From Candidatus Saccharibacteria bacterium QS_5_54_17 (lineage in GTDB: Bacteria; Patescibacteriota; Saccharimonadia; QS-5-54-17): 64,000 bases of DNA. The translations under genes were made by a program, and so were the position numbers. Positions 1 through 8,815 of the stretch are shown here, piece by piece. The stretch lies in the NCBI GenBank assembly GCA_003022365.1, contig PXOU01000007.1:227-64226 (forward strand). Reading direction: 5' to 3'. Each line of letters begins with the position of its first letter. The first letter of the stretch is position 1. The notes below the pieces were generated by a model. The model had not been told where the DNA came from. It saw nothing but the letters and a program-made list of their open reading frames with translations, and made no database searches.

Positions 1-2957
1 CTCCAGAGCAGGCGTGGGCCCAATCCGACCAATCATCCGGCTCAGTAGAAGGTGAATGGATCGACAATGCCCATATCAAAATTAAGGGAAACTTATATCT
101 CTACGGAAGTAACAATGAAGAGGATTCAGGGGATCAATTCTATTTTCAAAAATCAGAAGGCGAAAAGTTTAATAAAGAGTTTGAGGATGCAGCACCTTGG
201 GATCGCGACCATCCAGATAATTGCGTGGATTACATTCATGGTGACTCGTTTGGGCAATACCCCCATTTTAATAAGAAGACTACCACCGAAACCGCCACGC
301 TTACCATCAGAGATCACAAAGACGGCGAGGACGTATGTTATACAGAAAAGAAAGACGTTAACCTCGACCCGGAAGATGCCAACCCGGAAGATGCCAATAT
401 TGTGTTTAGACAGTTCGGGGAAGGGGACAAGAAGGAGATTAAGCCGGTTCATAATGACGCTTTTAGCAAGCCGGGTGATATAGATGATTACGATGTCAAG
501 GATACCATCAGTTTGGAAGGTTACAAGTCGTACCAATTTTTGGGTACCTATAGAATTGATAAGGACTACTCTAAACACAACGAAGGGGATGGGGAAAGGT
601 ACGCTAATACCAAGGGAGGGAAAGATTGCAAATCAGAACTCATAAAGCAAAGTAAAGGTGACGACAAAGTAGATGCGACCATCAAGCATTATGACAACTC
701 TTTTGAGTTGACCCCGACATGTGAGAGTAAAGAATTTAACGGTCTACGGGTAGTGAATGAATTTGACAATGTAAAGGCGGGCGAAACCCCAGCATACAAC
801 AAAGAGGACCTGGACGAACCGGGCGTGGATGCTGGCAATGACGATGAAGGCGACGATGAAGGAAGCGATGACAACATCGATTGCGACGCCGGGTTCGGAC
901 TCTCTTGGTTGGTCTGCAACATCATCAGCGCTTTCCGGAATTTCATGGAGTTCGCGACCAATGTATTAGAGTCGCTTTTGAGCGTCAGCCCCCTGGAGAG
1001 AACCAATGATGAAGGTGGCAAAACGTTCATCTACCAAACGTGGAGCAGCGTACGGAATATGGCCAATATATTCCTGATCCCGGTATTCATCTTTTTGATC
1101 TACGCCCAAGCCACCTCTTTCAATATAGACACCTATACCATAAAAAAGATGCTCCCCCGGCTGGTAGCGGCGGTTATATTTATCCAAGCCTCCTTCTTCC
1201 TGGTCGCAATTGCTGTAGACATTACCAACGTCCTGGGGAAAGGCATCGAAGGAGTAGTTCTGGCGCCCATACAAGACTCAGCCCTGCAAGAATCAGTTGC
1301 CCAAGACAGACCAGATCTGAATTTCAGCGGGGAAGGCGAAACGAGCGTAATAGTCGCCGGATCCGCCTTTTTGACGTATTTCGCAGCTACCGGGGGCCTG
1401 GCTACGATCGCGGGCGGGGCGGTCGCGTTCTTCCTGGTCATGCTGCCGGCTATCATCGCCATCATCGCTACTTTCTTGACCTTAATGCTGCGTCTTATAA
1501 TCATCGTGTTGCTGACTGTCCTATCCCCCATCGCCTTCCTTTTGTGGGTACTCCCCAATACGGAAAAATGGTTCAAACAATGGCTGGACATGCTCCTGAA
1601 AGCACTGATGATGTTCCCGTTGATCATGCTGCTGTTGGCTTCCGGTACCCTGGTGGCCGTGATAGCGACCAACTTTGGGGAAGGAGACGCCACAGAGGTT
1701 GAAGACGCTGTGACTGCGTTGATCGGCTTCGTGGCCGTTATGGCGCCCCTGTTCGTAATACCCTTCACCTACAAATTAGCCGGAGGGGCGGTGTCGGTCC
1801 TCGGCGGCACAGTCTCCAATCTCACCAACAAAGCCGCCCGGGGCAAAGACGGCAAGGGTGGTAAAGGTGGCAAGGGCGGCCTAATGGGGGGACTCCAGGA
1901 AAAGAAAGAGCGGCGTGAAACGGAGATGGCCGCCGGTATGAAACCCGACAACTTGCTCGGCAGGGCGGTAATGGGTACCCCCGCCGTAAGAAAAGCGGCC
2001 CAGGCCGGGGCCCGCCCCGGAGTCGGCGTGGGAGGAAAATCCCAAGCCCAGGCGATAGGAAAATTCAAGCAGCAAGTCGGCGAAGCGGACAGAACCCTTG
2101 AGGAGGAAGGCATTAACGACCCCGAAATACAGAATGAAATTGCCCAACATGGTGACTCAATTAGGGGCCGGATAAAGGAACTTGAAGGTAACGGTGAAAC
2201 CGAGAAGGCGGAGAAGTTGAAGGAGGTTAAGCACCATAGCGGCAAAAAAGAAGTGCGGGCCGCCGCCTTGCAGCGGGTAGCCAAGCAAGGGAAGGCGCAG
2301 CAGGCCAGTTTTGATGAAGTCCAGAAAGCGACCGGGGGCCAAGTCGGCAAGGACATAGTCTCCCAGGCAGCCCAAGCGGCCGGCAAAGATGGCGGTCGGC
2401 CGGACCTGAAAGCGTACAATACCGCCAGCAACGACGAAGACAAATGGAAGAATTACAAACAAGAGCTCCGGAGCATGAGCACCGAAAACTGGCAAAAACT
2501 CAAACCCGACGCCTTGGAAGACAAAAACAACAACCCAACCGAATTCGCCCAAGCCGCCAGGCAGCAAGCAGCAGAAGATAAGGAATTCAAACAGATGCTT
2601 GGTAAGATGGCGAGTCAGGAATCAGGAGTGCCGAAGGAAACCCGTGATAAGCTCAGCAGAACAGCGGGGTTGGATTTTGAGAGGGACCCCGACCTCCAAG
2701 CAGGCAACCTGGGCGTCGACGTAGCCTCGGCGGGCGGCACACCGGTAAAGCCCCGGGAGGGGGAGGAAGGCACCGTCCCCACCAGCCCACGGTTCGGGCA
2801 ATCCGGGCAATCGGGAGGACCGCAGGAACCGGGAGGAGCCGGGGAACCGGGACAACCCGGCCCCAACTACAACAACCAGGATCAAAATTCCGGAAACCCG
2901 AATCCCAATGACTCGTACAATCCGAATCCTAATGACCCGTACGATACACTTAGTTAG
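1..2957 (+). CDS. VirB6/TrbL-like polytopic membrane protein of a T4SS-like apparatus. It is 5'-truncated: frame 3 is open from the window start. It has an acidic N-terminal ectodomain, about 8 TM helices and a long K/E/G/Q/P-rich C-terminal tail with PNPND repeats.
   Basis: Frame 3 has no stop from nt 3 to 2957. There is a cluster of about 8 hydrophobic helices (aa ~225-520 of the listed ORF), matching VirB6/TrbL topology. It lies in synteny with the VirB3- and VirB4-like genes downstream. The C-terminus is a low-complexity tail. Confidence 0.55.
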   Translation, partial: PEQAWAQSDQSSGSVEGEWIDNAHIKIKGNLYLYGSNNEEDSGDQFYFQKSEGEKFNKEFEDAAPWDRDHPDNCVDYIHGDSFGQYPHFNKKTTTETATLTIRDHKDGEDVCYTEKKDVNLDPEDANPEDANIVFRQFGEGDKKEIKPVHNDAFSKPGDIDDYDVKDTISLEGYKSYQFLGTYRIDKDYSKHNEGDGERYANTKGGKDCKSELIKQSKGDDKVDATIKHYDNSFELTPTCESKEFNGLRVVNEFDNVKAGETPAYNKEDLDEPGVDAGNDDEGDDEGSDDNIDCDAGFGLSWLVCNIISAFRNFMEFATNVLESLLSVSPLERTNDEGGKTFIYQTWSSVRNMANIFLIPVFIFLIYAQATSFNIDTYTIKKMLPRLVAAVIFIQASFFLVAIAVDITNVLGKGIEGVVLAPIQDSALQESVAQDRPDLNFSGEGETSVIVAGSAFLTYFAATGGLATIAGGAVAFFLVMLPAIIAIIATFLTLMLRLIIIVLLTVLSPIAFLLWVLPNTEKWFKQWLDMLLKALMMFPLIMLLLASGTLVAVIATNFGEGDATEVEDAVTALIGFVAVMAPLFVIPFTYKLAGGAVSVLGGTVSNLTNKAARGKDGKGGKGGKGGLMGGLQEKKERRETEMAAGMKPDNLLGRAVMGTPAVRKAAQAGARPGVGVGGKSQAQAIGKFKQQVGEADRTLEEEGINDPEIQNEIAQHGDSIRGRIKELEGNGETEKAEKLKEVKHHSGKKEVRAAALQRVAKQGKAQQASFDEVQKATGGQVGKDIVSQAAQAAGKDGGRPDLKAYNTASNDEDKWKNYKQELRSMSTENWQKLKPDALEDKNNNPTEFAQAARQQAAEDKEFKQMLGKMASQESGVPKETRDKLSRTAGLDFERDPDLQAGNLGVDVASAGGTPVKPREGEEGTVPTSPRFGQSGQSGGPQEPGGAGEPGQPGPNYNNQDQNSGNPNPNDSYNPNPNDPYDTLS

Positions 2958-3147
2958 TATTAAGGCGTAATGATAAATCGGCCTATACGCCCACCATCTC
3001 AAATAGACAGATGAGAAGAGGTTGGAAGAAAAGTCTGGGTGGGGCGGGAGGGCGTGCTCGAGGAGCAGCTGAAGAGGAATAGGGGATTGGAGTTTGGGGA
3101 AGACGGCACTGGCGACGCTGCCAGCAAGGCCGCCTTCCCCGAAGACT

Positions 3148-3411
3148 CTACGATGATTTTCGTCGCCATTTAAGGCGTACTTCCCAGTACGCCTCAACGA
3201 CGGCATTAATTGCGAACCCCAGCACAAACGCTGCGGCCGACGTGGCCGCAGCGATTAATAACCCGGCAATAAGCCCGGCCTCGATCCACCCCCCTATTAG
3301 ACAAAGGGGGGCGAGCCCCATAGTGACGAAGAAGAAAATTTTAAAACCGAGGCTATCCTCGTTGGACGTTGTTTCGTTTACCACTTTGCGGACAAACGAC
3401 TTCTCGGTCAT
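3148..3411 (-). CDS. Small 2-TM membrane protein (87 aa), possibly pilin/VirB2-like; its orientation is convergent to the cluster.
   Basis: It has two clean hydrophobic helices (FFFVTMGLAPLCLIGGWIEAGLIAGLLIAAATSAAAFVLGFAINAVV). AAAGGGG lies 6 nt upstream of the ATG on the minus strand. The competing plus-strand ORF 3242-3508 is low-complexity. Confidence 0.35.
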   Translation of the reverse strand: MTEKSFVRKVVNETTSNEDSLGFKIFFFVTMGLAPLCLIGGWIEAGLIAGLLIAAATSAAAFVLGFAINAVVEAYWEVRLKWRRKSS

Positions 3412-3584
3412 CCTGTGCCCCTTTCGAGTCTTCTTCCAACCTGGCGAAGCGAAGAAAGCCCTTCGCTACTCATATAATCACATGAAATTTGATATTAGTC
3501 AAGGCTGACTGGGGTATTTTTGCACGTAGAACCCGGGATCACTCGGAATCATTACCAAAGCCCTACAATAAAAACCGGGCGAAA

Positions 3585-4140
3585 TATCATTCCTGAATAT
3601 GTCATTCCTGAAACAAGTTCAGGACAGGCTCTGAATTTATTTCAGGATCTGGTTTCCGGGTTGGTTTCAGCATAAAAATGATTCCGGATCGGAGTCCGGA
3701 ATGACAGAGAGGGTGACGAAAAAGCAATGTCATCCTGAATTTAGTTCAGGATCTATTTCAAAGCTGATTCCGAAACAAGTTCGGAATGACAGAGGGGGGG
3801 GCGGAATGAACTACCACGCCCTTACGGACGTGGTTTCACTTTAATTCAAGCTCCGCTTGGCCGCTGTCTTCCCGGCCCTGGTATTCGATGTAGTTCCGTA
3901 TGGTCTCTTCATCCACGCCGACGGTGGAGATAGCGTACAATCATGCCTCCATGCTACCGCATGGAGGCAAAGACAGCGGCGGCGCCTTCATCCACGCCCT
4001 TACGGACGTGGTTTTCTTATGGCGGATAAAGAGGATTCGCATTTTTTTCCTTACTTCCTGTTCCCTGTCTCCAGTCTCCAGTCTACTGTCTACCACTTAC
4101 TGCTTACTTCTTGCTGCTTGCTTCCTGCTTCCTTTTCCTG
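3585..4140. repeat. Composite hairpin-repeat block R1. It contains the modules gtcattcctgaaacaagttcaggacaggctctgaa, atttcaggatctg, ggattccggatcggagtccggaatgaca and two copies of ccacgcccttacggacgtgg, ending in a CT-rich cttacttcttgctgcttgcttcc module.
   Basis: The same modules recur at 11 or more other intergenic loci in this window. ORFs 3857-4141 and 3900-4154 lie inside the repeat and are probably spurious. Confidence 0.8.
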
Positions 4141-4197
4141 ACCGGCCATTATGACATGAGCTTTATACCCCGCATCTGATCCGCTATACTGGCGGGC

Positions 4198-5148
4198 ATG
4201 GCTACCTATAAAGTTCCCCAGGATGTCGAAGCCGAAGACAAATTACTGGGGCCGCTGACGTTCAAACAGTTCATTTTCATGCTGATCGCCGGCGGCGGGG
4301 GGCTGCTGGCTTGGCTGATGTGGCAGGTGCACCCGTTCCTGGTGGTGTTACCGCTGCCGATCGTGGTGATATTCGGCGGACTGGCCGTCTTCCGCCGGGA
4401 AGACCAGCCCATGGAGCGGTACTTACTGTCCTTTTTTAACTTTCTGTTGCGGCCGCGCCAACGGGTGTGGAACACCGAAGGGTATTACGAACATCTGGTC
4501 CTCACCAAACCCAAAAAACAGGAGGAAACACCCCTCAAACAGGATGTCCACGAAGTCCATGGCCAATTGGAAAAACTGGCCCAGACGGTCGACACGCGGG
4601 GATGGGCCGCCAAACGTCCGGAGCTGACGGTACCGGACGCCAACCCGGCTATCGGCGCCAGCGGCGACGACCGGTTGTTCAGGCCCGACGAGTCCCAGGA
4701 GCCGGCCGAGGTGCACGAGCGCGAAGACATCATGAGCGAGGAAAACCCCGAAGGCATGCAGCTTGACAATCTGCTACACGAACAAACCCGCCAGCGGCGC
4801 GAGCAAGTGATGGAGAACGTCCGCCGGCAAGCACGTGGTCAAACCCCGGCGGAGGGAGAAACCGTGCCCCAGGCGGACGGGCATCATACCCCGGCTGAGG
4901 TTCCTGCCGCCAGCCCGGCCGCGGAAGCTTCGGAATCCCCGCCATCACCACCGGCTGGGCAGACGGGCAACGACCAGGCGACCGACAACACCGACAATCA
5001 GGCGCCCCAGACCCAGGCACCCGAAACCGCCCAGCAATCTGGTATACTGAACGTGTCTGATGAGTTAAGCGTCAGCCAGATCGCCGCCGCGGCCAACCGG
5101 CAATCCGATGATCGCTTGCAAGAGGGTGAGGAGATACAACTGCGATGA
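4198..5148 (+). CDS. VirB3/PrgI-like small T4SS membrane protein with a long disordered C-terminal extension.
   Basis: The N-terminus LLGPLTFKQFIFMLIAGGGGLLAWL plus a second TM helix matches PrgI/TcpE/VirB3-family topology. It sits immediately upstream of the VirB4-like genes. The C-terminus is P/A/Q/E-rich low complexity. Confidence 0.5.
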   Translation: MATYKVPQDVEAEDKLLGPLTFKQFIFMLIAGGGGLLAWLMWQVHPFLVVLPLPIVVIFGGLAVFRREDQPMERYLLSFFNFLLRPRQRVWNTEGYYEHLVLTKPKKQEETPLKQDVHEVHGQLEKLAQTVDTRGWAAKRPELTVPDANPAIGASGDDRLFRPDESQEPAEVHEREDIMSEENPEGMQLDNLLHEQTRQRREQVMENVRRQARGQTPAEGETVPQADGHHTPAEVPAASPAAEASESPPSPPAGQTGNDQATDNTDNQAPQTQAPETAQQSGILNVSDELSVSQIAAAANRQSDDRLQEGEEIQLR

Positions 5149-5274
5149 CTAATCAGCGACACGATAGCCGCGAGCAACCAGGCCCGTTCCAAAATTCCAC
5201 CACGGCTCAGATGTCTTTATGCTTCCGTGTTACCTGCCGCGTCCGGCTGGTTCCATGGCAATCGGGGAGGTTTT

Positions 5275-6285
5275 ATGCCGCCCGATGATCAACAACCCGC
5301 CAACCAGGCAGGCCAGCAGTATGTGCCCGGGAACACCGGCGGGCAGGCCTCAGAACAGACCAACACCGCCGGGCAACCGGATCCAAGCCAAGCTGGACAA
5401 AGCCCCGGGCAAGGACAGCAGCAAGGTCAGCAACAACCCCAGCAACAACCAAACGCCCAAGCAACTCAGCAACAACCCCGGCCCCAACCCAACACCCAGC
5501 GGCCCACCCCAGGCAGCCAGCCCAATGCGGGGCAATCAAAAAAATCGAAAGAGAATAAGAAATCGAGGAAAAAGGCTAACAGCACCCAGAAATCACTGCT
5601 GGTTTCCGAGATACGCGATGGCATCGTTATCATGCGGGACAGTTCGCTGCGTTCGGTGGTCATGTGCCAGTCGGTCAACTTCGATCTGATGAGCCCACAA
5701 GAGCGGGAAGGGGTGGAACAGGCCTACCAACAGTTCCTGAATTCGCTTGATTTTACCGTCCAGATATACATCCGCAGCCAGCGCATCAACCTGGATAACT
5801 ACTTGGAAAAACTCCAAAACGCCCGGCAGAACCAGGACAACATTCTGCTGGGGCTTTTGATGGAGGATTACATCGAATACATCAAGTATCTGGTGGAAGC
5901 AGCTAACATCATGGACAAGCAATTCTACGTCATCGTGCCATATTATCCGTCCGGAATTTCCGAGGGTATCGCCAGCGGTGCCCAGAAATTCACCGAACTG
6001 TTCAAGACCAAGAAGAAAGACGTGGTAACCGTCAACGAAAACGAGTTCAATAAACATAAACAGGAGCTGAGCCGGCGGGCCCGTACGGTCGCCAACGGGT
6101 TGAACCGGATCGGCACCCAGGCCGTACCGCTCAACACCCAGGAACTCATCGAGTTGTATTACAATGTGTACAATCCGGTCACCTCCAAACAGGAGAAGCT
6201 GACCGACGTCAATCAACTAGAGTCCCCGATCATCGAAAAAGGCGAGGGGCAAGCCGACCAGGTACTCCCCGGGGAGAACGCATGA
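5275..6285 (+). CDS. Standalone VirB4 N-terminal-domain-like protein (CagE/TrbE/VirB-like fold) with a ~110-aa Q/P-rich disordered N-terminus.
   Basis: The likely start is ATG 5275, 5 nt after GGGGAGG, in the same frame as listed ORF 5227. The C-terminal 220 aa (IRDGIVIMRDSSLRSVVMCQSVNFDLMSPQEREGVEQAYQQFLNSLDFTVQIYIRSQ...) resemble the N-terminal domain of VirB4 proteins. There is no Walker motif. Confidence 0.45.
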   Translation: MPPDDQQPANQAGQQYVPGNTGGQASEQTNTAGQPDPSQAGQSPGQGQQQGQQQPQQQPNAQATQQQPRPQPNTQRPTPGSQPNAGQSKKSKENKKSRKKANSTQKSLLVSEIRDGIVIMRDSSLRSVVMCQSVNFDLMSPQEREGVEQAYQQFLNSLDFTVQIYIRSQRINLDNYLEKLQNARQNQDNILLGLLMEDYIEYIKYLVEAANIMDKQFYVIVPYYPSGISEGIASGAQKFTELFKTKKKDVVTVNENEFNKHKQELSRRARTVANGLNRIGTQAVPLNTQELIELYYNVYNPVTSKQEKLTDVNQLESPIIEKGEGQADQVLPGENA

Positions 6286-6433
6286 GCGGACACCCGCCAA
6301 ATCCAAGCCGGGCCACCCCAAACCAATCGCTGCCCGTGGTTGCCCGCCACGCAAGGGAGGAACCGTCGATGCCAGCTTGGGGTTTAGTCATCAAAGCCTT
6401 GCCTGCTAACCTGAAAACCGGAGCATTTTAGTA

Positions 6434-8356
6434 ATGGGTTTGTTAAGCAAGCTGAATGTCTTCAAAAGCAAACAGGACCCGGTCGGGCTGGCCGAAGCGC
6501 AAAAACAGCGGGAACAGCAGGAAGTCGAGCGGGAGTTCCGGCAAGGCATTACCGGGCTGCGGGATTTCATCTCCCCCTCCAGCCTGGAGTTCGAGTCTTC
6601 CTATTTGCGCATCGGCACCCGGATGGCCCGGACATTATACGTCTACGGCTACCCCCGGCAACTGTTTACCGGCTGGTTATCACCTATCATCAACCTGGAC
6701 GAAGCATTGGACATCAGCATGTTCATCTACCCGGTAGAAAGCCGGGTGGTGCTGGAGAATCTGCGCAAGAAAGTGTCCCAGCTGGAGGCCGACATCCAGA
6801 TCAACCAGGAAAAAGGGCGGGTGCGCGATCCCCAAACCGAGGCGGCCATCCAGGACGCCGAGCAGTTACGGAACCGGTTGCAGGTCGGGGAGGATCGGTT
6901 CTTCCGGTTCGGCCTCTACATCACCATGTACGCCGACAGCATGGAAGAAATGACCTACATCCAACGGAAGATCGAGGGAGTCTTCGGCCAGCAGCTGGTA
7001 TATACCAAAGTGGCCACCGTACAGATGGAACAGGCCTTCAACTCGACCGTGCCGCAAGTCACCGACCAACTCCAGATTATGCGGAACTTCAGTACCGGCG
7101 CCCTGTCGACGACCTTCCCGTTTACTTCGGCCGATCTATCCCAGGAAGAGGGCATTCTGTACGGCATAAATATGCACAACAACGGCCTGGCCATTTTTGA
7201 TCGGTTTAGCCAGGAAAACGCCAATATGGTGGTCTTCGCCAAATCGGGTGCCGGTAAATCGTTCACCGTCAAGCTGGAAGCGTTGCGGAGTCTGATGATG
7301 GGCCGGCAGGTTATCATCATCGATCCCGAAAACGAGTACGAGCGGCTCAGCGACGCGGTCGGCGGCAGTTATATCTACTTGAGCTTAAATTCGGATACCT
7401 ACGTCAACCCGTTCGATCTTCCCACGGTTACGGATTCGGAAGAGGCCGACAATGCCTTGCGGGCCAACCTGATTACCCTGCACGGCATGCTGCGGTTGAT
7501 GATGGGCAGCACCAAACAGGAGGATGATGGCAGCATCAGCTCCGGCATCACTGCCGAAGAAGAGGCGGATCTGGATATGGCGCTCATTAACACCTACGCC
7601 GCCATGGGCATTACCAACGACCCGCATACCCACACCGCCCAACCGCCCACCATTAACGATCTCTACGACACGTTGGTCAATATGGCCGGTACCGGCCCTA
7701 ATATGGCCCAGCGGTTGCGCAAATACACCGAAGGTACCTTTTCGGGTATATTTTCCAACCAATCCAACGTATCGCTGGATAACGATTTCGTGGTCTTCAA
7801 CATCCGCGACCTGGAGGACGAACTCCGGCCGGTGGCGATGTTTATCGTACTCAACTACATATGGAACCGGGTCAAATCCGACCAGACCGAGCGGTATCTG
7901 GTCGTGGACGAGGCCTGGCAGTTGATGAAATACGAGGATTCGGCCAATTTCCTCTTTTCGGTGGCCAAACGGGCCCGAAAATATTCGCTGGGACTGACCA
8001 CTATCTCCCAGGACGTGGAGGACTTTTTGACTTCCCGGCTGGGACGGGCGGTGGTGTCTAACTCCAGCATGCAGCTGTTGCTTAAGCAGGCGCCGTCGGC
8101 GGCCGATCTGATCGCCGAAACCTTCAAACTCACCAGCGAGGAGAAGAAACGGCTGACCCAGTTCCCGGTCGGGCAGGGGCTTTTCTTCGCCGGCTCCAAC
8201 CACATCCATCTCCGGATCGAGGCCAGCCCCACCGAAGCCCAGCTGGTCACCACCGACCCGCAAGAGCTGGCGGCCATGGAAAAAATCAATCAAGGGGTTG
8301 CCGGTGGGGAATCGGCCGAAACCGACAATACCGAAGCCGATACCGAGGCCGGGTAG
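6434..8356 (+). CDS. virB4: VirB4-family T4SS ATPase of the Gram-positive TrsE/PrgJ/TcpF/ConE type (COG3451).
   Basis: Walker A is VFAKSGAGKSF and Walker B is RYLVVDEAWQLM. The N-terminal region (SPSSLEFESSYLRIGTRMARTLYVYGYPRQL...WLSPIINLD) is typical of TrsE-like VirB4. It lies in synteny with the VirB3- and VirB6-like genes. Confidence 0.85.
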   Translation: MGLLSKLNVFKSKQDPVGLAEAQKQREQQEVEREFRQGITGLRDFISPSSLEFESSYLRIGTRMARTLYVYGYPRQLFTGWLSPIINLDEALDISMFIYPVESRVVLENLRKKVSQLEADIQINQEKGRVRDPQTEAAIQDAEQLRNRLQVGEDRFFRFGLYITMYADSMEEMTYIQRKIEGVFGQQLVYTKVATVQMEQAFNSTVPQVTDQLQIMRNFSTGALSTTFPFTSADLSQEEGILYGINMHNNGLAIFDRFSQENANMVVFAKSGAGKSFTVKLEALRSLMMGRQVIIIDPENEYERLSDAVGGSYIYLSLNSDTYVNPFDLPTVTDSEEADNALRANLITLHGMLRLMMGSTKQEDDGSISSGITAEEEADLDMALINTYAAMGITNDPHTHTAQPPTINDLYDTLVNMAGTGPNMAQRLRKYTEGTFSGIFSNQSNVSLDNDFVVFNIRDLEDELRPVAMFIVLNYIWNRVKSDQTERYLVVDEAWQLMKYEDSANFLFSVAKRARKYSLGLTTISQDVEDFLTSRLGRAVVSNSSMQLLLKQAPSAADLIAETFKLTSEEKKRLTQFPVGQGLFFAGSNHIHLRIEASPTEAQLVTTDPQELAAMEKINQGVAGGESAETDNTEADTEAG

Positions 8357-8725
8357 TCAGCAGACAGTAGACGGTAGACGGCAGACAGGGAGTGAGAAGC
8401 AACAGGCTCTGAAGATGTCATTCCTGAAACAGGTTCAGGACAGGCTCCGAACTTGTTTCAGGATCTATTGCAGAATCTGTTTCAGGATCATGTCTGGTTA
8501 AAGGATTTCGGCTCGGGGGCCGGAATGACAAATAGGTTTTGCATTCTCCCCTTACTTCTTGCTTCTTGCTGCTTGCTTCTTCTTCCCTGTTCCCTGTCTA
8601 CTTCTGTTTTTTGCTTACTTCTTACTTCCTGCTGCTTACTCTCCGTTCCCTGTATGCTGTCTGCTGTCTACCGCCTACTGTTACCTGCTTGCTTCCTATT
8701 CCCGCTGCCGGGAGACTGTTGTGAG
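8357..8725. repeat. Composite repeat block R2 with a MITE-like layout. The left arm is cagcagacagtagacggtagacggcagacagggagtgagaagcaacagg. Internal hairpin modules follow. The right arm is a long CT-rich microsatellite-like module (cttgcttcttgctgcttgcttc...ctgtctgctgtctaccgcctactg) that is roughly the inverted complement of the left arm.
   Basis: Direct reading of the sequence. ORFs 8453-8755 and 8539-8724 inside it are low-complexity and probably spurious. Confidence 0.8.
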
Positions 8726-8815
8726 TGTATAGGCCGCCCTTTCGTGATATGCTAGGGTAAAGGTAAGGATAACAGGTATGATCCCCCCGTCCTGGATGTG
8801 GCAGGAGTATATAAG

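Noticed and set aside
52-483. Plus-strand ORF 52-483 (143 aa) at the window start
   Set aside because: It is out of frame with, and nested in, the long open frame 3 (nt 3-2957) that encodes a coherent acidic ectodomain continuous with the VirB6-like protein. I treat 52-483 as a spurious overlapping ORF.
3857-4154. ORFs 3857-4141 and 3900-4154, and similarly 8453-8755, 8539-8724, 11526-11840 and 24764-24958, lying inside repeat blocks
   Set aside because: They translate into low-complexity Leu/Ser/Cys-rich peptides from the CT-rich module, have no RBS, and overlap palindromic repeats. They are almost certainly non-coding.
5227-8356. That the two VirB4-related ORFs are one frameshifted pseudogene
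   Set aside because: The downstream ORF has a complete TrsE-type N-terminal region and its own start. The ORFs are separated by 148 bp of non-coding sequence containing stops in all frames, not a single indel. I keep them as two genes. Sequencing error cannot be excluded without reads.
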